A stretch of 64,000 nucleotides of DNA. It comes from Octopus vulgaris. Taxonomy: Eukaryota. The translations under genes were made by a program, and so were the position numbers. Shown here in pieces: positions 25,308-40,486 of the stretch. The DNA lies in NCBI GenBank assembly GCA_951406725.2, contig OX597835.1, positions 19,034,001-19,098,000 on the forward strand, in the 5' to 3' direction. The notes under the pieces are model-generated. The model was not told where the DNA came from. It saw only the letters and a program-made list of their open reading frames with translations, and made no database searches. Every line of letters begins with the position of its first letter. Positions within the stretch are counted from its first letter, which is position 1.

Positions 25308-25680
25308 TCGTCTCTATATATAAAAGGCAGGTTGTCTGTCTGTGTGTCTGTGTGTCTGTCAGGTTGTAGCCTCACCCTGACCACGGCTTTCAACCGATTC
25401 TGATGAAACTTGACACACACATAGCCCAATGTCATAATTCAAAACTAACGCAGCGAAAATTTTGAAAAGTTCCCCCAGTTCTGAAAAAAAATCGATAAAT
25501 TCGACATGGGGTCGAGAATCAGAAACACAAACCACAGACTGTCTAGGGGACGGAACTCGACATTTTTAACTAAAAAAAAAATTTAACATTTTTTTTTGCT
25601 ATTTTTTGGCTATAACTCTCTAAAAATGCTTTATAGTTATTTCCCTTACAAACCCGAGCAACGCCGGGCGATACTGCTAG
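25308..25680 (+). mobile_element. Non-autonomous Helitron
   Basis: 5' TC...TCTATATATAAAAG; 3' hairpin CCCGAGCAACGCCGGG followed by CTAG and a flanking T. Confidence 0.85.
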
Positions 25681-25747
25681 TTACTTATAAACTTTAATCT
25701 TATGTTATTACTTACAGAACTGTCATTCTTCGCCGCTTCTCCATTTA

Positions 25748-25830
<83 letters not shown>

Positions 25831-26111
25831 CGTACACACGTGCAAACACACATATAGGGTGAAAAAAGATTAGATCTATACAAATCAAATTTTTATATAT
25901 AAATAGAACAGAAGTAAGTCTAAGTCGTTTCAATTTAGAAGGGAATTTAATAATAATGATTTTTAAAATTATATAAAGAAAATATTGTCGGTTTAGATGA
26001 ATCTCATTTTATCAAATATCAGTAAAAATTCATAAAAATTTGTAATAAGACAGATTATCTTCTGTCTGGGGGTCAAGAACATATATATATATATACATAT
26101 GTGTATATACT

Positions 26112-26542
<431 letters not shown>

Positions 26543-26651
26543 GTAAATATAGGATATAAATATAGATATATATTACATGGATGTCTTAAATGGATGATAT
26601 TATTTTCGACTAAGACATTAGAACCCTATCGATGTTTTCAACTGCTTCAGT

Positions 26652-27030
26652 TCTGTGGTTGTGTGGTACGATGCTTGCTCCCCAACCAAATGTTTCCTGG
26701 TTCAGTCCCACCGCGTAGCACCTTTGGCAAGTGCCTTCTGCTGTATCCGCCGGTCGACCAAAGACTTGTGAGTGGATATGTTAGACGGAAGCTGAAAGAA
26801 GCCTGTCGTATATAATCATATATATATATATATATATATTTGTGTGTCTGTGTTTGCTCCAATCAACATCGCTTGAGACCCGATTCTGGTGTGTTTACAT
26901 CAACGTAACATTAGCGGTTCAGCAAAAGAAACCGATAGTATAAGTACTATAAGTCGATTTTTTCGATTAAAAGGCGGTGCTCCAGCATGGTCGCAGCCAA
27001 AATGAATGAAACAAGTAAAAGAATAAAAGA
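26652..27030 (+). mobile_element. SINE family C, degenerate
   Basis: Aligns to the reverse complement of 21884-22325. Confidence 0.8.
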
Positions 27031-27454
27031 ATATATTTATTCGTTTCCTGATATTTATCAATGGTTCCTCCCACCATTGGGCTGACCCATTTTCTCTTAT
27101 TAATAAAACTGTCAGTACTTTTGATGACACGGGTATGGCATTTTCATAATGCCTTAGTATTGTGAATTACTGTTATATAAATTTTTCTACGCTGTAACTT
27201 ATATTTATTATTGACATCCTGGGGTTCTGAACTGCCGCAACAAACATTTGGATGTTGATGGCAGAAAGTGTAGATTTAAAATATTTGAAACGTGATTAAG
27301 GTGAGTGATTGGGTGACTTGAAACGTCAACCAGATTTCTTAGAAAGTTGAAGAACATGCTACACAATAGGAAATTATATATTCCCAGAAATTTGCAAATG
27401 GATTCCTTACATGCTGACAACAGGATTAAACCACACAAACTGGAACATTAACCG

Positions 27455-27823
27455 TCGTGATAATGCTGCTAGTGATGATGATAATGATGGCGATGGTGAT
27501 GACGACGACGACGATGATGACGATGAAGATGATGACGTTGATGATGTTGACATTGATAATGACGATGACGATGACGATGATGATGAGGAAGATTAATGAT
27601 GATGGTGGTGATGATGATGATGATGGTAATCGTTACGAGCACCATTAGCATCATTGTCACCGACAAGTGCAACAATTCGACCTCTATAACATGGCCAAGA
27701 CACCCATGACCAACACCACCGACACCAACATCACCGCAACAACCAACACCATCACCAACATCAATTTCACCACCACCACCATCATCATCATCGTCATCCT
27801 CCTCCTCCTCCTCCTCCTCCTCC

Positions 27824-27856
<33 letters not shown>

Positions 27857-28060
27857 CCATCATCACCATCACCATCATCAACACCACCACCACCACCACC
27901 ACCACCACCACCACCACCACCATCATCATCCACCACAATCTCAACATCCCCATTAGAATCACCATCGTTGTCGTTGTCATGGACCCTCAGTTAAGCTGTT
28001 TAAGCTAATCACAAGCACACAAATAAATACACGTACATATTAGAGCACTTATGCTCACAT

Positions 28061-28108
<48 letters not shown>

Positions 28109-31100
28109 ACTAACACAATTCCACACCCTGTATCCGCCAACCAATTAAAGTTAGGAATCTCAATAATGAATGCATTATTTCTAATCCAAAATACAAATTT
28201 GCCACGTCATCACAATTATGATAAGAATAATAATCTTCCCCCACCACCTTCACCGCCGCCACCACCACCACCACCACCACTACTAACAACATCTACAACA
28301 ACTACAAAAACAACAAAAAAACAACTTAAAACTATTTCGACCACTTGCATAACGAGCGTCGCCATCACGACCGCTTAACCTCCTTACAGAAGATAAACAC
28401 CGCCACCATCACCTTAACCAACGCCACCACCAGTACCACCACCCCAACCACCACCACTACCACCATCAACACCACTACCACCATCAACACCACCCCACAT
28501 CGCCATTATAACATTATTACAACTAGCACTGTTGCATCCATGGCAACCATAATCTGTAGAGCCACATACTCTACCATCGTAAGCACACATTCACCGCGAC
28601 CACCGCGACCACCACCACCACATATCTCTACCTACAACCACCACCACCACCACCACCACCAATAATAATAACAACATCATCAATACCACCAGCACCCTCA
28701 TACCAATTCCTCCACCCCTCGGTCTTGCCACATACTCTACCATCGTAAGCACACATTCCCCGCGACCACCGCGACCACCACCACCACCACATATCTCCAC
28801 CTACAACCACCACCACCACCAATAATAATAATAACAACAACATCACCAATACCACCAACTCCCTCATACCAATTCCTCCACCCCTCGGTCTTGCCATACT
28901 CCACACAACGCTCCAATCAATACTATGACGCAATCGCCATCATGATTTCATGAAAACCACCAACAAGAACATCTCCGCCATGTTTCCCATCATCATCATC
29001 ATCATCATCAAGACAAAGTCCGTCGACATCACGACCACCATCAATAATATTGGATGTATTATCATCAATGCGATTAGAACCATCGTCACCAATAAACCGT
29101 CGCCATCACCACAACCACCATCGCTACCGCCACCAAAACCATTGCCACTACTGCAATGAACACCACAACACCATCACCACCACAATCGTTATGACGAAAG
29201 AAACATCAGCACCACCACTACTATAAACTTAACAACCACTGCCATCAAATCCATCACCACCATCACCACCACTACAACGATCATACTACCACAACCGTCG
29301 CCACCACTACAACCATCACACCACCACATTCATCAACACCACCACACTAATCAATACCACCACCATAACCATCACCACCACTATAGCCATTACACGACCA
29401 CCACAACCACTCAACGATCATACTACCACAACCGTCGCCACCACTACAACCATCACACCACCACACTAATCAATACCACCACCATAACCATCAACACCAC
29501 CACCACAACCATCAACACCACCACCACAACCATCATCACCACTACAACCATCACACTACAAAAACCATCATATCACCGAAACCACCAATACCACCACCAC
29601 AACCATCAACAACACCACCAGACCTATCATCCCCACTGCAACCATCAACACCACCACCACCACCACTACAACCATCACCATAACCATTACCACATATATC
29701 GCTTCTGCTACATTTACCATCATGACCATCAGCATCATTGTCACCAGAACTACCAACCAGACCATCGCCACCACAACCACCACCACCACCACCACCACCA
29801 CCACCTCCCATTTATCATAAACAATCATCTCATGACCACCACTAATCAATGCGCTAAACCTACATCGTGTTTCTGACAAGCCTTCATAATCCTATTTCCT
29901 TTTATTTCCGCAAGACCATCCTCCTACTCATAATCACCATGATCATCATCATCATCATCATCATCATGATTACCGTCATCATCATCATCATCATCATCAT
30001 CATTATCATCATCATCGTGATTACTATCATTATCGTCGTCATCATTATCATCTTCATCGTGATTACTATCATTATCATCAGCATCATCATCATCATCATT
30101 ATCGTCGTCATCATGGTGACCATCATCATCATCATCGTGACCATCATCATCATCATCATAATCGTCATCATCATCGTCGTCGTCATCATCAACATCATCG
30201 TCATCATCGTCGTCATCATCATCGTGATCACCACCATTATCATCATCATCATCATTATCGTCATCATCATCGTGACCATCATCATCATCATCATCATCGT
30301 CGTAGTCGTCATCATCGTCAACATCATCGTCATTATCATCGTCGTCATCATCATCGTCATCACCGTCATTATCGTCGTCGTCATCAACGTGATCACCAAC
30401 ATCATCATCGTGATCATCCTCATCATCATCATCTTCATCATCATCGTGATCACCATCATTATCATCATCATTATTATCATCATCACCTTCATCCGCATCC
30501 CTTTCTACCTTATTCTTGCCCTCGTCCTCCTCATCCTACTTCAAACTTCCAGTCTCCTCATTGTCCTTGCCATTCTTCTCCACCTCTTCCTCTACTCGTA
30601 CTCCTTTTCTTCTTCTCCTAATCCTCTCCATCTCCCTCCTCCTCCTCCCTGTTCCCCTTCCTCTACGTCCTCCCAACCTTTCTCTACATTTTCGGTACAC
30701 ATATTTCGCTATACTTGCGTATTTTGTTTTTCCTGCCTCTTTGTCACGTGTGTTACTAATGATACCGATTTGTTGTTGTTGCTGTTGTTGTTATTGCTGC
30801 TGTGGATGCTGCTGCTTTTGCTGTTGCTGTTACTGTTGTTGTTCTTCATACAACGTTTTATTTTTATCCATTTTAATTTTTCTGGGGTTTTTTAGCTGTT
30901 GTTTCTACCACTAGGGTTGTTGACATAGACGTTGTTGCTTTTCTCGTTTTGCACTTTCCTTATCGCTGTTATTGTCTTTCCTGTCATTATTATTATTGAT
31001 ATCATTGGTGCTTGTTGTTTGTTTATATTACCGTTATTCTTGTCATTATCGTTGTAATTCCGATTGTTGCTGTTGTTGTTGTTGTTGTTATATTTCTTGC
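27455..31100. repeat. Extended (GAT)/(CAC)/(CAT)/(GTT) trinucleotide domain, including a ~165-bp tandem duplication at 28561-28900
   Basis: Seen directly; source of the poly-I, -M, -D and -T pseudo-ORFs. Confidence 0.9.
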
Positions 31101-31419
31101 TGATGTTGTTTATTTCCTGCTTGTTTATGTATTTTTATCGTCAGTCAAACTAATTAGTCGCGTTAATGGAATGTTGCTGGTTTATACGAAGCAATCTTTT
31201 CAACAGATAGGTAAGGAGTGAAAGAAGGAGGGACGGAGAAGGGAGAGCGAGAGGGAGAGAGAGAGGGAGAGAGAGACAGACAGACACAGAGAAAGAGTGA
31301 GGCAAAGAGAGAGAGAGATAGATTCACCAAGTGAGAGAAAGAGGGTGAGAGGAAAAAATTATGAACACAATACTTTTAAACCATTTGATTCGGTAATGAA
31401 TAGCAAATAGTTAACATAC

Positions 31420-31491
<72 letters not shown>

Positions 31492-31556
31492 ACACATATA
31501 TATATATATGTTTATATATATGTAGGTGTATACATGTATGTGTTTACATGTTGGAA

Positions 31557-31594
<38 letters not shown>

Positions 31595-32302
31595 CACACA
31601 TATATATACTTGTGTGTGTGTGTGTGTGTGTTTGCATATGTGAGTATTGGTGTGTGCCTGCATATCGATAGTGATTGGAAGTACTTATGGTATTGATAGT
31701 TCCAGGTGTAATGTTGTTAGCACGAACGTATGTGTGTGTATGTGTGCGTATGCATGTGTGTGTGTGCACATGAGTGCATGTGAGTGTGTGTGTGTGTGTA
31801 TGTGTGTGTGTGGCACGATGTTTAAGTCGATTTTACACACATGTGAGACGGTGGCGTCATCGGTTTTTCGAAAGCGGTGGCACTCGATATTGGTGAGAGT
31901 GGTAACGAAACAAGTGCTGCTGTGTGTAGAACAGACGCCGGCAATGTCGATTCTATTGGCAACGGCGGTGGCATTAATTTTATAGGGGGCGGGAAATCGA
32001 AGAGTGCCGGGAAGGGGGAAGGAAAAACAGCGGGGGGTTGGGGAAAGAAAATGGTGTTATATGATGCACTCAAATAACAAGCATTTGTTGATATTAAACA
32101 AATACTCATGCTGGTTTCTCTCTATGGTGCCTGTATATGTCAACGTTTATTAATGCGTGAATATGCGGATGCACAGAGTGTCTCATACACTCAGTCACAT
32201 ATTCACACATATGGGATTCAACACGCTAGAAACAACAGCTAGGTTCTATAACCACAAAAATTAGGGATAAAATTCGACAGGAATGGTTTAGCGTGTTGAA
32301 TT

Positions 32303-32700
32303 CCTATTTCTTTATTACCCACAAGGGCTAAACATAGAGGGGAAAATCAAGGACAGACATAGGTATTAAGTCGATTACATCGACCCCAGTGCGTATCGAT
32401 CCCGAAAGGATGAAAGGCAAAGTCGACCTCCGCGGAATTTGAACTCACAACGTAACGGCAGACGAAATACCTATTTCTTTACTACCCACAAGGGGCTAAA
32501 CACAGAGAGGACAAACAAGGACAGACATAGGTATTAAGTCGATTACATCGACCCCAGTGCGTAACTGGTACTTATTTAATCGACCCCGAAAGGATGAAAG
32601 GCAAAGTCGACCCCGGCGGAATTTGAAAACACAACGTAACGGCAGACGAAATACGGCTAAGCATTTCACCCGGCGTGCTAACGTTTCTGCCAACTCACCG
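32303..32700 (-). mobile_element. SINE family A dimer
   Basis: Same architecture as 18271-18687. Confidence 0.9.
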
Positions 32701-33404
32701 TGTTTAACTGTACACTGTATCTTATGACTAATACATAGTCTTTTGGACTAAATTTTTACACGTTAGACCACTGGAAATGTGAATTTTAATTAATTTCCAT
32801 TTCTCTTTGTTTTGATTAAATATTGTAAGTTTTTGGATAATTTTCAGTTTTTAAAAGTTGGCATTTTCTTCTGCTGGCGAAGGGCTGCGGCTACGCAGTA
32901 GATTTTGAAAAAGTTAGGATGTATAAACAAGGGGCGCGTAGTTTGATCGCCTCGTGTTTATACCTTTAACGCTAGGTGTTCCTGCTGAAGACGATTTCAC
33001 CTGGCGACTGATATGTTATTAATTTACTTGCTAAACTAAAATCAGAAACCAAATGGTCCAGGAAACTAGGTGGTGAAAAGTTTTTATTTTTTCATTTCGT
33101 TCCTGTCGAATTTCATCCCTAATTTTGTGGTTATAGAACTTAGCTGTTCTTTCTATTGTGTTGAATCCCATCAGTGTATTCTTCATGTGTTTAAATGAGT
33201 TCTTTATAATTCTAACCCAGAAACACGTCCACAACTAACCGAAGACTGCTTGTTTTTTGTTATTTTTCCTTCTTTTTGCATATGTGAGTTACAAGTAAAT
33301 GTTATATGTGTGGCTATGTTTGTAGAAAATAGGAATAAGTGGTCTTTGACTGCTATTTCTAAATTTTCGGTATGTGGCTAAGCAACTTGTTGCTTAACCC
33401 TATA

Positions 33405-33625
33405 TCTCTCTATATATAAACGGCAGTTTGTCTGTGCGTGTTTCTGTGTGTCTGTTTGCTTGTACCCTCACTCTGACCACGGCTTTCAACCGATTCTGAT
33501 GAAACTTTTTTTACTCTCAAAAAAAAATTTACCATCATTTTTTTCCATTTTTTGGCTATAACTCTCTAAAAATGCTTTATAGTTATTTCCCTTACAAACC
33601 TGAGCAACGCCGGGCGATACTGCTA

Positions 33626-33626
<1 letters not shown>
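33405..33626 (+). mobile_element. Non-autonomous Helitron, internally deleted relative to the copy at 25308
   Basis: A|TCTCTCTATATATAAA start; hairpin plus CTAG|T end. Confidence 0.85.
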
Positions 33627-33683
<57 letters not shown>

Positions 33684-33688
33684 GTATA

Positions 33689-33776
<88 letters not shown>

Positions 33777-33835
33777 GTGTGATTTCTTTTTTTTTGAATG
33801 AAACAGTTCTAGTCCTGTAGAAGCACATTCTATAA

Positions 33836-33895
<60 letters not shown>

Positions 33896-33901
33896 GTGTA
33901 A

Positions 33902-34560
33902 TACTTTGCTCGGTTGTTCGGAGAGACTAGCGGGGCGGAGACGGTGGCGGACTTCAGTCACTACCTGGACGGCGTGCCGCGTCTGTCGACAGCAGACTCT
34001 GACCGCTGTGAAAGGCAGACAACTTTAAGATGCCCTTGTCGGCTGCGTGAGACGCAAGTCACCCGGATTAGATTCTCTCCCATATGAACTTTACGTATGT
34101 ATGTCAGACTTGTTCTTCGATCTTCTCGAACCGTTCAAATGCAACTGGCAGCACAACGGGAATATTCTCAGTTCCGTGAGCCCGTGCGCGGTAACGCTGA
34201 TAAGGAAAGATGAAAACAAGAGGGCAACATTATAACTTCCCATAACACTGATTAACAGAGGGTTTAAGATTTTAGTCAAGGTATTAGCAACGAGGTTGGC
34301 GCTTGTCGTAGGGGATATGTTTGGGGAGGCGCAAACCTGCGCAATCCCGACTAGGTCCACACACGACAACGTCAACCTCATGCGATACATCATAGAAAGT
34401 GTAGGGTGCAAACCTAGCTTCTGTAGGGGAGGGACTGATCAATTTAGATCACTCGAAAGCATTTGATACGTCGACCATCGGTACCTAGAGGCTATCCTCA
34501 AAGCGGCTGGCTTCGGGCACGTCTTTAGAGATTGGATCGCTGCAAGACACAGCGACATCT
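33902..34560 (+). pseudogene. Tx1/L1-clade LINE reverse transcriptase fragment
   Basis: Frameshifted translation YFARLF...YLDGVPRLS...KSPGLDSLPYELY...VTLIRKD...PITLIN.GFKILVKVLATRL...AQTCAIPTRSTHDNVNLMRYII...LINLDHSKAFD.VDHRYL..ILKAAGFG..F.DWI covers non-LTR RT motifs 0-3. Confidence 0.9.
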
Positions 34561-34792
34561 ACCAGAACCTGCCAGAACCGTTTGAGATCTCCCGATCGGT
34601 CAGTCTGGCGTGCTCTCTCTCTCTCCTTCCTCCTGTACGTATTGATCCTCCGAAGTCGACTTTGCCGGTCATCTTTTCGGGATCGAGAGTATAAGTACCG
34701 TTTGAGCGATAGCGTCGACATGATCGACTTAAGTCCTTCCCCGAAATTACTGGCCTTCTACCAAATTTTTAACCAATATTGTAGAATACTGG

Positions 34793-35205
34793 AGGCATCG
34801 AGCTGGCAGAATCGTTAGCACGCCGGGCGAAATGCGTAGCCGTATTTCGTCTGCCGTTACATTCTGAGTTCAAATTCCGCCGAGGTCGACTTTGCCTTTC
34901 AGCCTTTCGGGATCGATAAATTAAGTACCAGTTTCTCACTGGGGTCACTGTAATTGCCTTAATCCCTTTGTCTGTCCTTGTTTGTCCCCTCTATGTTTAG
35001 ACCCTTGTGGGCAATAAAGAAATAAGTAATCGTTAGCGCTCCGGACAAAATGCTTAGCGGCATTTCGTCGATTTTTACGTTCTGAGTTCTAATTCCGCCG
35101 AGGTTAACTTTGACTTTTGTCATTCCGAATTAAAAAATTAAGTACCTGTTGAGCAATAGGGTCGATGTATGTCGGAAATTACTGGTCTTGTGACAAAGTT
35201 TGTAA
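34793..35205 (+). mobile_element. SINE family A copy followed by an older degenerate relative
   Basis: Family A consensus at 34793-35027; degenerate copies at 35028-35205 and 34625-34770. Confidence 0.85.
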
Positions 35206-35864
35206 TCAGTGTTATAGAAAACTGAAAAAAATAAATAAATAAGATACAATAATTAAATATGCAAACCGTTCTATGATACAAGAATTATAAAAGAAATGTA
35301 ATATGAGAATTATGTGTATAATGTACAGTAAGTACCATTGTATATATGAAACAGGAAACTGATTTAAATAACAAAAATAGTGAGAAAACAATTCAAAATT
35401 CATAACGAAGCCAGATGAAATAAATATATATGGAAAAGTATTCATAAATTTTAATTATAATATAATTACAGTTAATATCATTATCATTAGTTAATTGCAT
35501 TGGGAATATTTCCATTATATTAGCAAATATGTGTTGAAGTGATAAAAATATAATAAATTATATCATTACATCGAAATGGGAAAGAACAAAAAAATATTAA
35601 TGACATATTACCATATGAAGTAGAATTTGATTATGTAGTAGATGTGTTTTATTTTAGCACGGAGTTCATGTTTATTAGCGTATGTAGCGTTTCCTAATAG
35701 ATGTCATGAATATAAATGGAAACATATATGAATATAACAGGATATTTCAAAATGTGTTTGATAAATATAAACGCACGAATAATAAAAGTCTACAGAATAA
35801 TAAATAAAAAAAGACAGAAATAGGTAAGGCAACAAAAATATTTAAAAAATGATTTTGATTTGAT

Positions 35865-35943
35865 GCTCTGGAAAAATGCAAAAGTCATTGACGTTTCGAG
35901 CCTACGCTTTTCAACAAAAATGAAGAGAGTAAAAAATCGAGGC

Positions 35944-35990
<47 letters not shown>

Positions 35991-36045
35991 AAGAAAGAGG
36001 CGAAACGAAGAGAGAATAAACGTGTCAAAATTCATGGACTTACTA
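35865..36045 (-). mobile_element. pLTR-like element (family F) with a degenerate HHR motif
   Basis: Minus strand TTGTTGA-A-AAGC-GTAG-GCTC-GAAAC-GTC; related to 46920-47121. Confidence 0.5.
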
Positions 36046-36121
36046 TATACATAAATGTATGTGTGATATGTGTGTCTGTCTATGAGCACAAGTGGGTCTG
36101 TGTTAGAATACATAAATATAA

Positions 36122-36656
<535 letters not shown>

Positions 36657-36974
36657 TTCATATACCACATTGCGTATACGTGCGCGCCAAAACACATATA
36701 TCCACACATGCTTATGTATATACATATATATTCAATTATGTATATACATATATTTCACTTACTGGAAGGGTTTACGGTGTATCCCAAGGACAGAGTGCTT
36801 CCTGCGTTTACATATATGTATGTGTCTCTCTGTCTGTCTGTATGTATGTATGTTTAGATAGATAGACAGTCAGTTAGATAGATAGATGGGCAGATAGATA
36901 AATACATAGAGAAAAAGAGTTCTATGTGTATATGCGCACTTACATATATGAGTATATATCTAAAGCACGATATA

Positions 36975-37357
36975 GGATCACTCCGTCGGTTGCGACGATG
37001 AGGGTCCCAGCTGATACGATCAACGGAACAGCTTGCTCGTGATATTAACGTGCAAGTGGCTGAGCACTCCACAGACACGTGTACCCTTAACGTAGTTCTC
37101 GAGGAGATTCAGCGTGACACACAGAATGTGACAAGGCTGGCCCTTTGAAAAACAGGTACAAGAGAAACAGGAAGAAAGAGCGAGAGAAAGTTGTGTGAAA
37201 GAGTACAGCAGGGTTCACCACCACCCCCTGCCGGAGCATCGTGGAGCTTTAGGTGTTTTCGCTCTATAAACACTCACAATGCCCGGTCTGGGAATCGAAA
37301 CCGCGATCCTCCGACCGCGACTCCGCTGCCCTAACCACGGGGCCATTGCGCCTCCAC
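36975..37357 (-). mobile_element. SINE family B, full length, tail type 1
   Basis: 12-bp TSD AAGCACGATATA at 36963-36974 and 37359-37370. Confidence 0.9.
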
Positions 37358-38585
37358 GAAGCACGATATATGGATTCGAGTAATCTGGTAGTAGTCATAA
37401 AAAATGTTCCTTAAGGTATCCTTCTACAAAACATAATATTTATCGCACAAGTAAATATGTACTAAGAGTAATTATAAGGAGTGTATAAATCTAAAAATCA
37501 GAGAAATAATATGATAAAAATTTATCTAAGCTTTGGAAAATTATTATATCACAACAAATTGTTTCCTAACTTAAAGCATGTAAACATAATTTATTTTAGT
37601 ATATGTAATAATGAATAAATTATAAACATATATTTATATATATATACGTACGTGTGTATTTGTAAGGGATTTGTATATATCCTTATATTCAATATATCAC
37701 GTGGTAGGCAATAACCAATTTCTAATGTCGTTATCATTAAGTTGGTTGAAATTTCCAGATAATTTAGCAATCGGTAGCCTCATCAATATCACCTACTAAA
37801 CTATTTTCTATTCATCGGTTTCCCATAACTCCTGCCATTAATACCATTATATTTTTGCTTCCATGGGTGAGTAATGAGAAGGAGTTAGCAAGGTGCAGCG
37901 CTCGTACCCTTAGGCACAAACTAAAATATATAGACAATAACAGAAGCATTTTTACGAAAGTACACAATATTCCTTAATCAATGACAATTAGAGTCCCACA
38001 CACCGTTACTGCCAAATGATACTTTTTTGAGTTCAATGTTAATGGATTTGGCATAAATACAGTGCTAAGCATTTAATGTGTACATTTCGGAAATGGAATT
38101 ATTTTCTCTCGTACACATTTGATGTTTATAAAAAAACAACAACAGCGAAATTAAAAGTAACACAAAGATTTTTTTTTCTTCCGTAAACAGAATTAGCATA
38201 ATTGCACACTTTTTGAAAAGTTTTGTTAGTTTTCCTGCATCGTGACAATAAATAAAATGTATCTTGGCCTCTAAATATTATTGAGTTTTGAAGGAATGAT
38301 TTAAATATAAACGAAGAATGCTTGTTTTGATCAGTTCTTCTCGAACGAATTCCATATGAACTTTTGAGGTTCATATAAGATTTTGCTGCTAAAATCTTTG
38401 TGAAATGAATTTGTTATAATTCTACACAAAATAGTTCGTCACAAAATGCACAAAATAATTTAACATTATATTATATAAGTTCTTAATAATATGTAATTAT
38501 AAAAAACATGAAAGGATTTTTTAAAACACCGAATGGCTATGCGGGTCCATCAGAGCGAAATACGAATCAAAGAGTCAGATGCCAA

Positions 38586-38624
<39 letters not shown>

Positions 38625-38648
38625 AACAACAACAACAACAACAACAAC

Positions 38649-38722
<74 letters not shown>

Positions 38723-38745
38723 TAATAATAATGATAATAATAAAT

Positions 38746-39256
38746 GCCCTGATGCAGTACCAGACAGTGGCTCTCATGGCTCCCGATCTTAACTGATTGG
38801 AAGTGTTATCAAGTACATTGTTTTGTTTTGGTATAAAAGATGGGCTACAACAAATATTCTGCTCAATACCATAGACTTGCTTGTCACTTGCTTGACCTTA
38901 ATCAGTTGGCCATGTCCCTTAGTGGCTGATGATATGTGCATCTCTGATCACGAGCAGAAGTAGTGGGGGAGCATCATAGCCATGTGTTGAGAGGGATTCT
39001 TTGGGGCTTGAATAATTCACCTCTGGAAACATGGGTGTTTCGTTCAACATCCTTAAACAACCCTTATTCACGGACCTTTTGAGAGGGATGGGTTACTCGA
39101 CCTGAAGAAAATTCTAACTAGGCCCCACCTGCAAAGTCATGCGCTGTTTATCTTGATATGAGATCCCCATGTCGCACACATATGGTTGTGATGCATGTGC
39201 CTAGTGTACCCTTATCAGACGGGTAGTCATGATGGGTTTACTGGGCTTCGTATATT
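38746..39256 (+). mobile_element. Repeat abutting a (TAA)n array; probably a non-coding part of an R4/Dong-like LINE
   Basis: The first ~130 bp recur on the minus strand at 63705-63833, joined there to an RLE-endonuclease-like motif. Dong elements are known to target (TAA)n. Confidence 0.45.
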
Positions 39257-40435
39257 CGTATATTATGTATGTATAAATATTTATATATATTTATACATAC
39301 GTATGTATACACATAATATATATATTTGCTTGTTTGTACTCCACCTGCCTTCGTCTTTTGTTTAATTTCGTAAACCATCCCGTTACATATATATATATAT
39401 ATATACATACGTATGTATACACATACATACGTACATACACACACGCACATATAGACACATACACACATAATCTGTTTGTGGGTGCACGAAATGTTTGTAA
39501 GAGAGAGTGGGACGGACCTACAGAGAGAGAAGAGACACACAGATAGACAGACAGACATAATAAAGATACTCTACCTACTAAAATTTTACAATTCATTCGT
39601 ACGATAGTTCGCTAAGATAGCAAACAATTCGCTTGGTTTTACTAGATACCACATGAACGCTAGCACTAACCTGAAGAGAGGGTGAAAAATCGGTCGGTCA
39701 GAGCTAGGATGACATATATTGTTTTGGTCCAGTATAGCAGAGTTGACTTGAGTGTATAGCAAGAAAAACAACGGCAACAATAACCGATGCATTTGCAACA
39801 AAAATCTCATATCTCTGAAGTAGTATTTCCTATATACGCAAATTCGTCGACAACAACGTATAATCGCCTCATTAAAATATTTATATATAATGGAATAGAC
39901 AATAGATCAACGTCAATTTCTATATTGATATCATATTACTGACATATCAGCTTTTGTGAATGTTGGAACAATCACCCCAGAGTTTGTGCCAAACCAATAA
40001 TACAACGCCATTCTTCCTTTCATCAGACGCCAACAACTTTTCATTGTGTTCATTGACTCAAGAAGTAAAATATATATTTGTCTTTGATATTAATAGGTTT
40101 CTTCTGATGTTACTATGCAATGCAATTGATAATGGCTGTATTTAGGTTCGTGTAAGAGTGTGAGGAGAGGCAGACGCAGAGAGCGTGATAGGGTGAGGGA
40201 GCTACAAAGAAGCACACACACACACACGTATATAGGTTTATATATATATATACATACATATACACACACACATATATATCTGAGTGTTAGTGTATATATA
40301 CACACACACACACATATATATATACATTTATACATATGTATACACAGATACACACACACACACATATATATATATATACATTTATATATATGTATACACA
40401 CATGTGTGTCTGTGTTTGTGTATACATATTTATAA

Positions 40436-40486
<51 letters not shown>

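Noticed and set aside
29867-30895. 342-aa Ile-rich ORF, and the 49020-50015 poly-Asp ORF
   Set aside because: Translations of (ATC)n microsatellites.
39586-39810. 74-aa ORF with a signal-peptide-like start and an internal acceptor-like site
   Set aside because: No recognisable family or supporting exons.
39940-40010. Minus-strand GVIVPTF resembling SLC18B1 IIPTF; similarly SLGLVI..VGG near 60190-60230
   Set aside because: Needs frameshifts and lacks suitable splice sites; too short to exceed chance.
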